A stretch of 64,000 nucleotides of DNA, from positions 256,001 to 320,000 of the forward strand of contig CBDDEL010000017.1 in assembly GCA_965226885.1 (NCBI GenBank), in the 5' to 3' direction. This DNA is from Opitutales bacterium. Lineage in GTDB: Bacteria > Verrucomicrobiota > Verrucomicrobiia > Opitutales > UBA2987. Position 1 is the stretch's first letter, and every line of letters begins with the position of its first letter. The notes under the pieces were generated by a model, which did no database searches, was not told where the DNA came from, and was given only the letters and a program-made list of their open reading frames with translations. The translations under genes and the position numbers were made by a program. Shown in pieces: positions 52,517 through 62,461 of the stretch.

Positions 52517-53881
52517 ATGAAAGCGATGTCAAATTCTTTTAACATAATCGATGACTACGATCCCGAAGCCTACGACCTCACCCGGAATGTCCACAGGATC
52601 ACGCTTTACAACACCATAGCGTCTGATCAGCAGCACCCCAGCAACCAAACTCCGAGGCTTTACCTGCATGTGGACATGAATTGTTTTTATGCCCAGGTGG
52701 AACAGCAGTGCTACAATCTCTACGGTATTCCGGTCATTGTCGGGGGCTGGCGCAAGGGCAACGGAATCCCTCGCGGGATCGTGGCCACATCCAGCTATGA
52801 GGCCAGAGCCTTTGGGGTAAAGACCGGCATGAGCCATCTGGAAGCGCAGCAGTTGTGCCCGTATCTTGTGCCGCTACAGGTTCATTGGGACAAGTATCAG
52901 GCCATCTCGAAGGAGGTTGCCCGCATCCTTGCCCGGTATGCGCCGGAGGTGGAAGCTTATTCGTCCGACGAATCCTTTTTGAATATCAGCTACCTGCTCG
53001 GCCAGTCCCGGGAGAAACTGGCCGCTCTTGGAAAGAAGCTCAAAGGCGAGATTTGGGGCAAGACGCGGTTGATGTGTTCTGTGGGCATCTCCTATTCAAA
53101 AACCTATGCCAAGCTCGCCTCCGACCTGCAAAAACCGGACGGATTGAGTCTTGTTCTCACTCCCGAAGAAGCAGTGGAAGCTATCTACCCTTTGCCTTTG
53201 AATGAAGTTTGGGGGATCGGCCGCAAGAGATTTGCCAAGCTGGAAAAAGCGGGCCTAGCCACCATCCGGGAGGCCGTGGAAAAAGGGCCGGGAGTGTTTC
53301 AAAGGCTCTTTGGGGCTTATTTTGGCCGAATGCTGTGGGAAACCGCCACGGGCAAAGATTGCGCCCGGGTCATGGACAACTCCCATCACGTTCCCAGGGA
53401 AGTGACTTATATGCACACTTTCAGCGATTGGACGGTGAGCCTGGAAAGGGTAAAGGGGGAAATCGCCAAGGGGGTGCGGCAACTCTGCTATCGGCTCCGA
53501 GGCTACAACCGGAGGGCCCACAAATACAGTGGGTATATCCGGTTTCAGGATGTCGATTGGAACGGGGCCGGTTTTGCCTTTGCCACCAAGGGGCTGACCA
53601 ACCTCGATGATTATGTGTTGCCGGCGTGTTTGCAGATGGCTCTTCCCATGCTAAAGAGGTTTCTTCAGGAAGGGCATAAAATCCGGGGGTTCGGACTGTC
53701 CAGCATGGGGTTGGATGAAAGCCGCCAGCTTGAATTGTTCTTCCGGGAGGATGAGAAGCTGCACCGCCTGCATTATGCCGTTGACAGGATCAACAACCGG
53801 TTCGGGCTCGATACCGTCATGCCGGCGGCAACGAAATACGCGGTCGAGGGCAAGACGCATTTTCTGGAAAGGAGCGGATGA
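52517..53881 (+). CDS. dinB: Y-family DNA polymerase (DinB/Pol IV-like)
   Basis: HVDMNCFYAQVE, SYEARAFGVKTGM, YSSDESF, AKLASDLQKPDG and VWGIG. Confidence 0.88.
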   Translation: MKAMSNSFNIIDDYDPEAYDLTRNVHRITLYNTIASDQQHPSNQTPRLYLHVDMNCFYAQVEQQCYNLYGIPVIVGGWRKGNGIPRGIVATSSYEARAFGVKTGMSHLEAQQLCPYLVPLQVHWDKYQAISKEVARILARYAPEVEAYSSDESFLNISYLLGQSREKLAALGKKLKGEIWGKTRLMCSVGISYSKTYAKLASDLQKPDGLSLVLTPEEAVEAIYPLPLNEVWGIGRKRFAKLEKAGLATIREAVEKGPGVFQRLFGAYFGRMLWETATGKDCARVMDNSHHVPREVTYMHTFSDWTVSLERVKGEIAKGVRQLCYRLRGYNRRAHKYSGYIRFQDVDWNGAGFAFATKGLTNLDDYVLPACLQMALPMLKRFLQEGHKIRGFGLSSMGLDESRQLELFFREDEKLHRLHYAVDRINNRFGLDTVMPAATKYAVEGKTHFLERSG

Positions 53882-53898
53882 GGGAATCTGGTTTTGTT

Positions 53899-54984
53899 TT
53901 AAAACCGGTTCAATCGGGGGAAGTATTTTTTTTCATCCGCGTCCAGAGGGCGATAAGGTTTCCGGGGGTCGGGCTGGGTGAATCCGGGGGTTGCCTGGCC
54001 GGGCGCCGCGGGCACGGGATTAAGAGAGGGTAGAAGGCTTTCCTGGCTGTTTATGAGATTAGGAAGCAAGGGGGCGGCGGCCAGGTTTTGCAGGATGGCC
54101 GAGGCAAAATAGGGATTGTTTCCAGCCTGCATGGGGGAAAAGGATATATCATCGGTTAAAACCGAGCCTAGGCGGGGGCTGGGGCCGGGGTTTGCCGGGG
54201 CGTTGATTTTTGCCATTGAACTCCCGCTTTGAGCGGGCGATGTTTCGAAAAAACTGAATTCTTTAAATTGAAAATCGGAGGGGCCGATTGGCTCCAAATA
54301 AGGGTTTTTGGCTATTTTTCCCGCATCCGGCTCCGCTTCTTCAGTATTTCGTGCGGACGGGGCTTTTCTCAGGGCATCGGCCATAAATTTTTCTTCCAAC
54401 GCCTTGAGGGGATCCGTGGGCGCCGAGTTTGCCAAGCTCGGGATTTCTTGCCGAAATTCGACAGAGGCTTCATCTTCTTCGAAGGATTCCTTTTCGGCCA
54501 TCTTCATTTTTTCTTCCGCTTCTTCATTCTCCATCTGCTCCCGAAGGCGTTCCGCCACATAGCGATCGACGAGGTTCAAATCGCCGGAGAGGTTCTTCAG
54601 TTCTTCTTTTTCCTCGTCCGTAAGTTCCTGTTTTCCAGATAGTTTACGAACGCTGTCGAGGAGCCAATTGCGTTCTTTTTCCTCTTCCTCCTCTTTCTCC
54701 TTGTCTTTTTTTTCTTTGAGGCGGGCGGATGGACCCGGGCCGACGCCGATATAATGCGGCTGGTTGAAACCCTTGATATTTGGTTTCAATTCGAGGGACT
54801 CCTCCAGTTCCCCGGTTTCGCCCTGTTCCTGCAACCGGCCGACATCTTCACGGGCCATGTTTTTGAATTCTTCGGCGCCATCTTCCCCGGCCGTGAGAAA
54901 TCCGCACATAGCGTGGAGGCCAAGCAAAAAAATGGCCCAGCGGAGAGTCGACCTGCTTAGGGCGAACTTTGAGAAATCCGGCAT
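53899..54984 (-). CDS. Hypothetical exported protein (acidic, Pro-rich)
   Basis: 361-aa ORF with a signal-like N-terminus, directly downstream of pilT. Confidence 0.6.
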   Translation of the reverse strand: MPDFSKFALSRSTLRWAIFLLGLHAMCGFLTAGEDGAEEFKNMAREDVGRLQEQGETGELEESLELKPNIKGFNQPHYIGVGPGPSARLKEKKDKEKEEEEEKERNWLLDSVRKLSGKQELTDEEKEELKNLSGDLNLVDRYVAERLREQMENEEAEEKMKMAEKESFEEDEASVEFRQEIPSLANSAPTDPLKALEEKFMADALRKAPSARNTEEAEPDAGKIAKNPYLEPIGPSDFQFKEFSFFETSPAQSGSSMAKINAPANPGPSPRLGSVLTDDISFSPMQAGNNPYFASAILQNLAAAPLLPNLINSQESLLPSLNPVPAAPGQATPGFTQPDPRKPYRPLDADEKKYFPRLNRF

Positions 54985-55026
54985 GATAAGTATTTTAGAG
55001 AAATGGGCGGAAAGAGCCGTTTCTCA

Positions 55027-56156
55027 TTAAACGAGGCCTCCGGTGCTGAGAAAGATACCTTTGAGGTTCATTTCCAGAGCCTTCGCATTGGGGGAGAAGG
55101 CCAGCCCATCCTGCTTGGAGATTTTACCGGCTTTGATCAGTCGGTAAAGATCGGCATTGAAGGATTTCGAGCCGGAATCCTTGCCCGCGTCGATGACGGC
55201 GGGGATTTTTTCGTAGGTTCCTTCCTCAATCACTTTTCGGGCCAGGGAATCAACAATGAAAAGCTCGATAACGGGCACCCGCCCATTACCCTCAATGGAC
55301 GGCACCAGACGCTGGCTGACGGTGGCCCGCAGGGCGCCCGCGATCTGCCGCCTCATGCCGATCTGCTGTTCCGGGGGGAAAAATTCGAAAAGGCGCTGGA
55401 CAGCTTGCTGGGCGTTGGAGGAGTGCAGGGTGCCGAACACCAGGTGGCCTGTTTCGGCAGCCGAAAGGGCGGTCGTAAAGGTGTCTTTATCGCGCATTTC
55501 ACCGATCAGGATGATATCGGGGTCTTGGCGCAAAACGGCCTTCATGCCCAATTGAAAGGTTGGAGCGTCGATGCCGACTTCTCTCTGGTTGAAAACCGAT
55601 TTAACATCGGTGTAGTTGAACTCAATGGGGTCCTCCAGGGTGACTACGTGCTTGTCATGGTGATGGTTGATCCAGTTGAGCATGGCGGCCATGGTGGAGC
55701 TTTTGCCGGAGCCGGTGGCACCGCAAATGAGCAGGATGCCGTCTTTGTGGCCGCACAGGGCCGTCAAGCTGGAGCCGTCATGGCCGAGTTGGTCGAAGGT
55801 TGGGGGCTGGTCCTTGATGTGGCGGAAGACCATGCTGATGGTTCTGCGCTGGTGGAAGGCGTTGACGCGAAACCGGCCCAGTTCTTCCAAGGCGTAGGCG
55901 TAGTCAACCTGGTATTCGTCATGCCACAGTTGGATAAACGCTTTGGGGCATGTGGCAAAGATGAATTCCTCGATCATGGATTCCTGCAAGGGATCCATAT
56001 CGATGGCCTCAAGGTTCCCGTGCAATCGCAAATAGGCCGGACTATCAGGCCGGACTATCCGTTTTTATATGAATGTCGCTGGCGCCGTTTTCGACCGCCA
56101 GATGCAACATACTGTTAAAGGTATCCACACTTAAAGGTATCCACACTTTCGCTCAT
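55027..56156 (-). pseudogene. pilT: PilT/PilU retraction ATPase with its 5' end disrupted by two tandem duplications
   Basis: GATGSGKS, EDPIE, LRQDPD..LIGEMRD and ETGHLVFGTLH; removing the 16-bp and 13-bp duplicates gives MSESVDTFNSMLHLAVENGASDIHIKTDSPAYLRLHG. Confidence 0.9.
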
Positions 56157-56313
56157 AGTATTTTCCCTGCTTTAATTGAATTGATTTAAAGATAAATGGG
56201 TTTGCAATAATACGTGAAGAATTATTCTAGTATTGTTTATACAGTATCCGGAGGGAAGATTCAACCCGCTTCTTTCAATTCGGAGACTGTTGGCAATTTA
56301 TTTTTATTTAACC

Positions 56314-57201
56314 ATGAATACAACAAAATTATCGGGTGTATTAACGGCTTTGGTCACCCCTATGGCGGAGGGAAAGGTGAGTTCGGGGGATTTGATCAAG
56401 CTTATCCAATACCAGATTGACGAGGGAATCGACGGTCTCGTTCCAGTGGGCACTACGGGGGAATCACCGACCCTCAGCCACGAGGAACATGCAGAGGTTA
56501 TCCGCTGTGTGGTGGAGACGGCCGCAGGGAGGGTTCCGGTCATTGCCGGGACCGGCTCCAATGCCACCAGGGAAGCCGTTTCCCTGACCCGCCGAGCCCA
56601 CCAGGCGGGCGTCGACGGCATGTTGCAAGTGGCCCCCTACTACAACAAACCCACCCAGGAGGGGCTTTTCGAACATTTCAGCGCGGTGGCCGGGGTGACC
56701 GATAAAACCATCGTTCTCTACTCCATTCCGGGCCGGTGCGTGATCGATATCGGAGTGGAGACGGTTGTCCGGCTGCATTCCAAATACCCCCACATAAGCG
56801 TCATGAAAGAAGCGGGTGGAAGTTGCGACCGGGTGGCCGATTTGCGCCTGGCCCTGGGGGAGGATTTTACCATCCTAAGCGGTGACGACAGCCTCACCCT
56901 GCCCTTCATGGCGGCGGGAGCGCAGGGAGTCATAAGCGTAGTGTCGAACCTGGCGGTCAAAGAAATGGTGGCCCTGACCCGCGCGGTTTTCAACAGCGAT
57001 ATGAAGACGGCCAGCGATTGGCACCTCAAATTGTATCCGCTGGCCAAGGTTCTCCTTGAGGAACCCAATCCGGTGCCCATCAAGGCGGCCTTGCAGCGGG
57101 CAGGAATCCTGCAAAGCGCTGAGACACGGCGGCCTCTGAGCCCATTGACGGCAAAAACTAGGGACAGGCTCTTTGCAATCTTGTCCAACCTTGGTTATTG
57201 A
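56314..57201 (+). CDS. dapA: 4-hydroxy-tetrahydrodipicolinate synthase
   Basis: TALVTP, GTTGESPTL, PYYNKP, Y.IPGR, KEA and LSGDD. Confidence 0.96.
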   Translation: MNTTKLSGVLTALVTPMAEGKVSSGDLIKLIQYQIDEGIDGLVPVGTTGESPTLSHEEHAEVIRCVVETAAGRVPVIAGTGSNATREAVSLTRRAHQAGVDGMLQVAPYYNKPTQEGLFEHFSAVAGVTDKTIVLYSIPGRCVIDIGVETVVRLHSKYPHISVMKEAGGSCDRVADLRLALGEDFTILSGDDSLTLPFMAAGAQGVISVVSNLAVKEMVALTRAVFNSDMKTASDWHLKLYPLAKVLLEEPNPVPIKAALQRAGILQSAETRRPLSPLTAKTRDRLFAILSNLGY

Positions 57202-57222
57202 TCTATATCCCTTCTTTTTTAC

Positions 57223-57957
57223 ATGTCTCTAAAAATATTACTTAACGGGTGCAAGGGCCGCATGGGCCGGACGATCATGGCCATCGCTGCCCAACATGAT
57301 GTCGAGGAAGTTTTTCCTATCGATGTGGGCGATGATCCCGCCGCCGTTATCGGCGATAGCGACGCAGTGATCGATTTCAGCCTGCCGACGGCTACCCTGG
57401 CGCTTATTAAACTGGCCGCAGAGGCGCGTAAGCCGGCCATCATCGGCACCACCGGCCACAGTCCTGAGCAACGGCGGGAAGTCCGATCGGCAGCAGTTTC
57501 CATTCCCGTGGTGTGGGCGGGCAATTTTTCCGTGGGGGTCAACCTGTTGTTTCACTTGCTGGAAATAACGGCGTCGACTTTGGATTCGAGCTATAATCCG
57601 GAGGTGGTGGAAATACACCACCGCCACAAGGTGGATTCACCTAGCGGCACGGCGGTGCGGCTACTGGAAATCATCCGTCAAGCCAGGGGTCTAGAGCCCG
57701 ATTGCGAGCGGCATGGACGCGAGGGCATGACGGGGGAGCGGCCGGACGATGAGATCGGAATTCACGCTCTGCGGGGAGGCGATTCCGTGGGCGAGCACAC
57801 TATTTATTTCGCCGGAGAGGGGGAACGCCTCGAACTTACTCACCGCGCTTCCGACCGGGGAATTTTCGCCAGGGGAGCCTTGCGGGCCGCCCAATGGGTC
57901 ATCAACCAGCCCCCGAGTATTTACGATATGCAGGATGTTCTCGGCCTAAGGCCTTAG
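57223..57957 (+). CDS. dapB: 4-hydroxy-tetrahydrodipicolinate reductase
   Basis: GCKGRMG, GTTG, NFSVGVN, EIHHRHKVDSPSGTA and FARGA. Confidence 0.96.
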   Translation: MSLKILLNGCKGRMGRTIMAIAAQHDVEEVFPIDVGDDPAAVIGDSDAVIDFSLPTATLALIKLAAEARKPAIIGTTGHSPEQRREVRSAAVSIPVVWAGNFSVGVNLLFHLLEITASTLDSSYNPEVVEIHHRHKVDSPSGTAVRLLEIIRQARGLEPDCERHGREGMTGERPDDEIGIHALRGGDSVGEHTIYFAGEGERLELTHRASDRGIFARGALRAAQWVINQPPSIYDMQDVLGLRP

Positions 57958-57974
57958 GCCTTAAATGAGTTGTC

Positions 57975-58592
57975 ATGATTGTTTCCATTGAAGGCGTATT
58001 GACCGAGGTCCTTCCCTTGCTGGCCACAATCGAGACTCATGGGCTCGGCTACGAGGTGCATTTACCGCTCTCTACCATGGAGCAACTGCCGCCGCTGGGC
58101 TGCCCGGTGAAACTGTTCATCCACTCCGTCTATCGAGAGGATTCGCAAACTCTTTACGGTTTTCACCAGAGGGAGGATCGGGAGTTTTTTCGTCTTTTAG
58201 TGGAAAAAGTCTCCGGTATCGGGCCCAAAATTGCTTTGCGCATCATGAGCCGGCTTTCCGTTACGATGTTAAAGTGCGCTATCGGGGCGAGCGATGTGGC
58301 CCTACTTTCGAAATGCCCGGGTATTGGTAAAAAGACGGCCGAACGGCTAATAATTGAACTAAAGGACAAGGTCGGGCCAGAATTTGCGGTGGAATCAAAA
58401 TCGCCGTCTACCGCCGGCGCAGGGGCTTCACCCGTTTATGCCGGGGCCGACAGCCGTGTGCAGGATGCAGTGTCTGCGTTGATGACCCTCGGATACAAAG
58501 CGCCCGATGCCGACAAGGCGATTCGCAGGGTAATGAGCAAGCTTCCCGCCGATGCGCCCACGGAAGACTTGATTAAAAGCGCCTTGAGCTGA
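57975..58592 (+). CDS. ruvA: Holliday junction branch migration protein RuvA
   Basis: GLGYEV, REDSQTLYGF, VSGIGPKIA, PGIGKKTAERLIIELKDK and ALMTLGY. Confidence 0.96.
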   Translation: MIVSIEGVLTEVLPLLATIETHGLGYEVHLPLSTMEQLPPLGCPVKLFIHSVYREDSQTLYGFHQREDREFFRLLVEKVSGIGPKIALRIMSRLSVTMLKCAIGASDVALLSKCPGIGKKTAERLIIELKDKVGPEFAVESKSPSTAGAGASPVYAGADSRVQDAVSALMTLGYKAPDADKAIRRVMSKLPADAPTEDLIKSALS

Positions 58593-58607
58593 TCTGTAGG
58601 CCAGGGC

Positions 58608-59378
58608 CTAGCGCTGGAAATAAAAATTGGCCAATTCCGCCCGATAGGGATTTTCCTGCAATTGCGCATTGCGGGGGACAACCCGGGCAGAGGCCGATAG
58701 TGATTCTTCCTCGAAAAGGGGAAAAACGTGATCGCTGAGCATCGTTTGTATCTCCAGGATGGCGGGAGAAGTTTCTCCAAATTCGATCTCTCCGATTAAA
58801 ATGACGGGCTGGTCGAGCCCATTTAAAATATAGACCGCGGCCGGACCGGAACTGTCGTTGGCCTCAACCAGCTGAAGGGCTAAACTCTGGAAATCGGGGA
58901 AATGCGCTAATTGGGCAGGAGCGAGATTTCTGGATTGCCGGGAAGCAGGCTGCCCTTGGGTATCATTTGGTTGGTTTTTGACACCAACCAGAGGGAGATC
59001 CAGCGGTGGCGGGGGGAGATCCAGCGGTGGCGGGGTTTGCTCCAATTCCACCAGGGAGGGGCTGGAATTGCCGCTGTGGAAAAACGGAGCCAATACCACG
59101 AAGGCCAGGGCAAAACAGGCCGCGGCCATGCCGAATTGGGCCAGGTAATATATTTTCATACCGGTTTGACCCCGGCGATTTCTGGTTTCCCGCGACTGCC
59201 CCTTGCCACACCCTCGCAATGCGGCGCAGGATGCATTGTGCAAACGCCGGTGAAAGACAAACACCGAACGCCGCTCAAAACTGGAATTCAGCTCCTCCTT
59301 GAGGGTCTCGAATTCCTCAGCGTCGAGTTCGTCGTCCAGATATGAATTTACTAGTTCCTCAAACCTCTTGTCCGTCAT
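58608..59378 (-). CDS. Putative anti-sigma factor (single-pass membrane protein)
   Basis: FEELVNSYLDDEL N-terminus, one TM segment, overlaps the ECF sigma stop; in-frame 21-bp duplication at 58993-59034. Confidence 0.65.
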   Translation of the reverse strand: MTDKRFEELVNSYLDDELDAEEFETLKEELNSSFERRSVFVFHRRLHNASCAALRGCGKGQSRETRNRRGQTGMKIYYLAQFGMAAACFALAFVVLAPFFHSGNSSPSLVELEQTPPPLDLPPPPLDLPLVGVKNQPNDTQGQPASRQSRNLAPAQLAHFPDFQSLALQLVEANDSSGPAAVYILNGLDQPVILIGEIEFGETSPAILEIQTMLSDHVFPLFEEESLSASARVVPRNAQLQENPYRAELANFYFQR

Positions 59379-59977
59379 GAAAAGTCGCTCCCAATTTTTT
59401 CTCTCAAGCTTTCACGGGCTCTCGCAATGCGGCTTTTTACGGTGCCGATACTGATATCCAGGTGCTGCGCAATTTCCTCGTAGGTCATGTTTTGGACGAT
59501 CCGCAGGGTCAGGATTTCGTAATGCTTCTCGTTCAATAGAGGCATGCATTCGCTGACCCGATCCACCAACTCCTGAGTGGAGGCAGTTTGGCCGGGGTCC
59601 TCCCCTTCGGCGGGAAGTATATCAACGAGGGTGACAGAGCCTTCCCGGCTGATATTTTGATCAAGCGAGAAGGAAACGTCGCGTTTACGGCGCCACCAAT
59701 ACCAGTATTTATTGTGAGCCAGGTTCGTTGCGATCTGGAAAAGCCAGGTGGAAAAAGAAGAGTCCCCCCGGAAATTTTCCAGACCTTTGTGAGCCCGCAC
59801 GAAAGCGTCCTGAGTGACCTCCTCGGCATCCTGCCGGTTTTTCAGCAATTGCAGGACACGCGCGAAAATACGGTCCCAGTAGCGGCTGACGATATCGTCA
59901 AAAGCCGCCTGGTCTCCGCCTTTGAAGCGTGCCACAAGCATTTTGTCGAGGGCGATTTCTTTAGCTTTCGGTGCCAT
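59375..59977 (-). CDS. ECF RNA polymerase sigma-70 factor
   Basis: DAEEVTQDAF, FSTWLFQIATN and YEEIA..L.ISIGTVKSRIARAR. Confidence 0.93.
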   Translation of the reverse strand: MAPKAKEIALDKMLVARFKGGDQAAFDDIVSRYWDRIFARVLQLLKNRQDAEEVTQDAFVRAHKGLENFRGDSSFSTWLFQIATNLAHNKYWYWWRRKRDVSFSLDQNISREGSVTLVDILPAEGEDPGQTASTQELVDRVSECMPLLNEKHYEILTLRIVQNMTYEEIAQHLDISIGTVKSRIARARESLREKIGSDFS

Positions 59978-60296
59978 GTGATAACAACTTTTTGATAGGA
60001 GCGTTGAAAAACGTAAAATGTTCCCGTGTCGCGAAGGTTTTTCCTAAAATAAAACAGATTCCTTAATCATATAAACCCACTCCGCCCGAGTGTCGATTCA
60101 ATTTCCGGCGGACGGCATTGCTTTATATTTACTTAAAGGAAAAAGCTGCCAGCTTATATGGCCGCTCGGCAACACGGGGCATTCTTCTATTTTCTTTTTC
60201 ATTTTTCTTCAACCCTTAGAAACCCGAACCAAGCCAAATCGTTGACAATGAATTGGTGGGCCGGACACAAGATATTTAAGACGCGACTAAATTGAA

Positions 60297-60920
60297 TTAC
60301 AGATTCAGCATTCGCCAATCCTGGGCTTCGGCAGTCCAGACCAGGGGAAATAGCTCTCTTTGGGTCCAGAACCATCCCAATTCTTCGGACCAGAGCCACC
60401 AGGAATTTCTTTTTTCAATAATTTCGCTCGGACGGCAAAATAGCCAACCGAGTTCCCAGTGAAAAATCCACGGATAATGCTGTATGTTCAAATCGCCGAA
60501 GCCAATGGCGGACACCCAGCCCCCATTAACATTAAAATCAAAGGTAACAAAATCCACATTAGAAAGTACGTCGCTCCTTCCGACAGCATCATAAATCAAC
60601 GGTCCGAAAAGAATTCTGTCGATTACTCTCTCTGATTTCTCACTTAAAATCCAATTTATAGCGATGGATGGAGCTTCAACTTCTACGATATTCGATGGAA
60701 TGCCGAAATTTTCTTTAAAACGCCTGGAAATATCCATTTCGTTTTCTTCTCTGGTTACGACAATGATGCCTTTAGGCGACTGCTACATCCAGATAATAGT
60801 AGAAGTGGAATCCGAAAACTCGTTTGGTCCAAAAACCGTAAACTCCTCGCCAAAAGAAACCAAATGAATCAATGCAGACAGAATAAGTGGAACCTTTTTA
60901 ATAGTGTGTTTCATTTTCAT
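60297..60920 (-). pseudogene. Secreted protein with a Trp-rich C-terminal domain and one in-frame TAG
   Basis: MKMKHTIKKVPLILSALIHLVSFG signal is in frame with the 60297-60737 ORF, separated by TAG at 60785-60783. Confidence 0.65.
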
Positions 60921-60968
60921 GTTTGTAGATCAGTTGGCGAATTAACGCTGGAACGCAGAGGCAGCTAG

Positions 60969-61715
60969 CCCGGATATTTCATGAAGGGTAAAGTTTGGCT
61001 CGTTATTGCTATTGGAGATGGATTTCTTTGTATTTTGAGCAGATCGTCTTGATTTTTAGGTGTTTTTCAGGGTGTAGAGACACTGCCCCCTTTCCCCCAT
61101 TGGTTCGGTAGTGCCGGGGGCAGCACCAATGCACCCTTTAGGTTGGCACCAATCGGCGGGCCGCATGGTTGAAAAGACTGGCCCAAGGATAACTCTCACT
61201 TAGGTGAAAGTGAATCGTTCGGGTGTTGCGCACGATGACCGCTCCGATCTTGATTAATTTGAGCCGCAGGGTGTGGCATTGGGCCCGCGCCCACTTCGTC
61301 CCTTTTAAGGCTAACCGGCGCATGGCTTCCATCAAGGTGTAGGCCAGCGCCGACAAGAGCAATCGCCACTGATTGGCCCACCATTGATGGGCGCTGGTGC
61401 GCTCGCTGAACAATTGCATCTGTTCCTTGATTCGGTTCTCCATTTCACCGCGGCCACAGTATACCTTGTCGTAAAGCTCCTGGGGATCGCCCGGCAGGTT
61501 CGTCACCACGAAGCGCGGGTTGGACCCCTGTGCGGTGTGTTCGGCTTTATGGATGACCAACCGCAGCCATCGCCACGAATCGGCAGCATAGACGAAGTCC
61601 TGGAATAACCGTTGTTTTTTACCCCTTAGTTCGAACCATTCTTTGGCCTGCTTTTGCAACTGCTGGGCATCTTGCTGCAAGCGTGCATTGCGAGCCATCC
61701 CCACGATGTAACTAA
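60969..61715 (-). mobile_element. IS1380-family partial copy 3
   Basis: Matches copy 1 from the IR up to the internal CTAA; preceded by CTAG. Confidence 0.9.
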
Positions 61716-62461
61716 CCCGGATATTTCATGAAGGGTAAAGTTTGGCTCGTTATTGCTATTGGAGATGGATTTCTTTGTATTTTGAGCAGATCGTCTTGAT
61801 TTTTAGGTGTTTTTCAGGGTGTAGAGACACTGCCCCCTTTCCCCCATTGGTTCGGTAGTGCCGGGGGCAGCACCAATGCACCCTTTAGGTTGGCACCAAT
61901 CGGCGGGGCGCATGGTTGAAAAGACTGGCCCAAGGATAACTCTCACTTAGGTGAAAGTGAATCGTTCGGGTGTTGCGCACGATGACCGCTCCGATCTTGA
62001 TTAATTTGAGCCGCAGGGTGTGGCATTGGGCCCGCGCCCACTTCGTCCCTTTTAAGGCTAACCGGCGCATGGCTTCCATCAAGGTGTAGGCCAGCGCCGA
62101 CAAGAGCAATCGCCACTGATTGGCCCACCATTGATGGGCGCTGGTGCGCTCGCTGAACAATTGCATCTGTTCCTTGATTCGGTTCTCCATTTCACCGCGG
62201 CCACAGTATACCTTGTCGTAAAGCTCCTGGGGATCGCCCGGCAGGTTCGTCACCACGAAGCGCGGGTTGGACCCCTGTGCGGTGTGTTCGGCTTTATGGA
62301 TGACCAACCGCAGCCATCGCCACGAATCGGCAGCATAGACGAAGTCCTGGAATAACCGTTGTTTTTTACCCCTTAGTTCGAACCATTCTTTGGCCTGCTT
62401 TTGCAACTGCTGGGCGTCTTGCTGCAAGCGTGCATTGCGAGCCATCCCCACGATGTAACTA
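61716..62461 (-). mobile_element. IS1380-family partial copy 4 (nested)
   Basis: Restarts with CCCGGATATTTC and is cut at the same internal CTA(A) site. Confidence 0.9.

Noticed and set aside
55003..56118. 371-aa + strand ORF
   Set aside because: Antisense shadow of pilT with no recognisable motifs.
60783..60785. In-frame TAG as pyrrolysine or stop-codon recoding
   Set aside because: TAG ends ordinary genes here (e.g. at 3361, 15770, 28842, 48411); a nonsense mutation is the simpler explanation.
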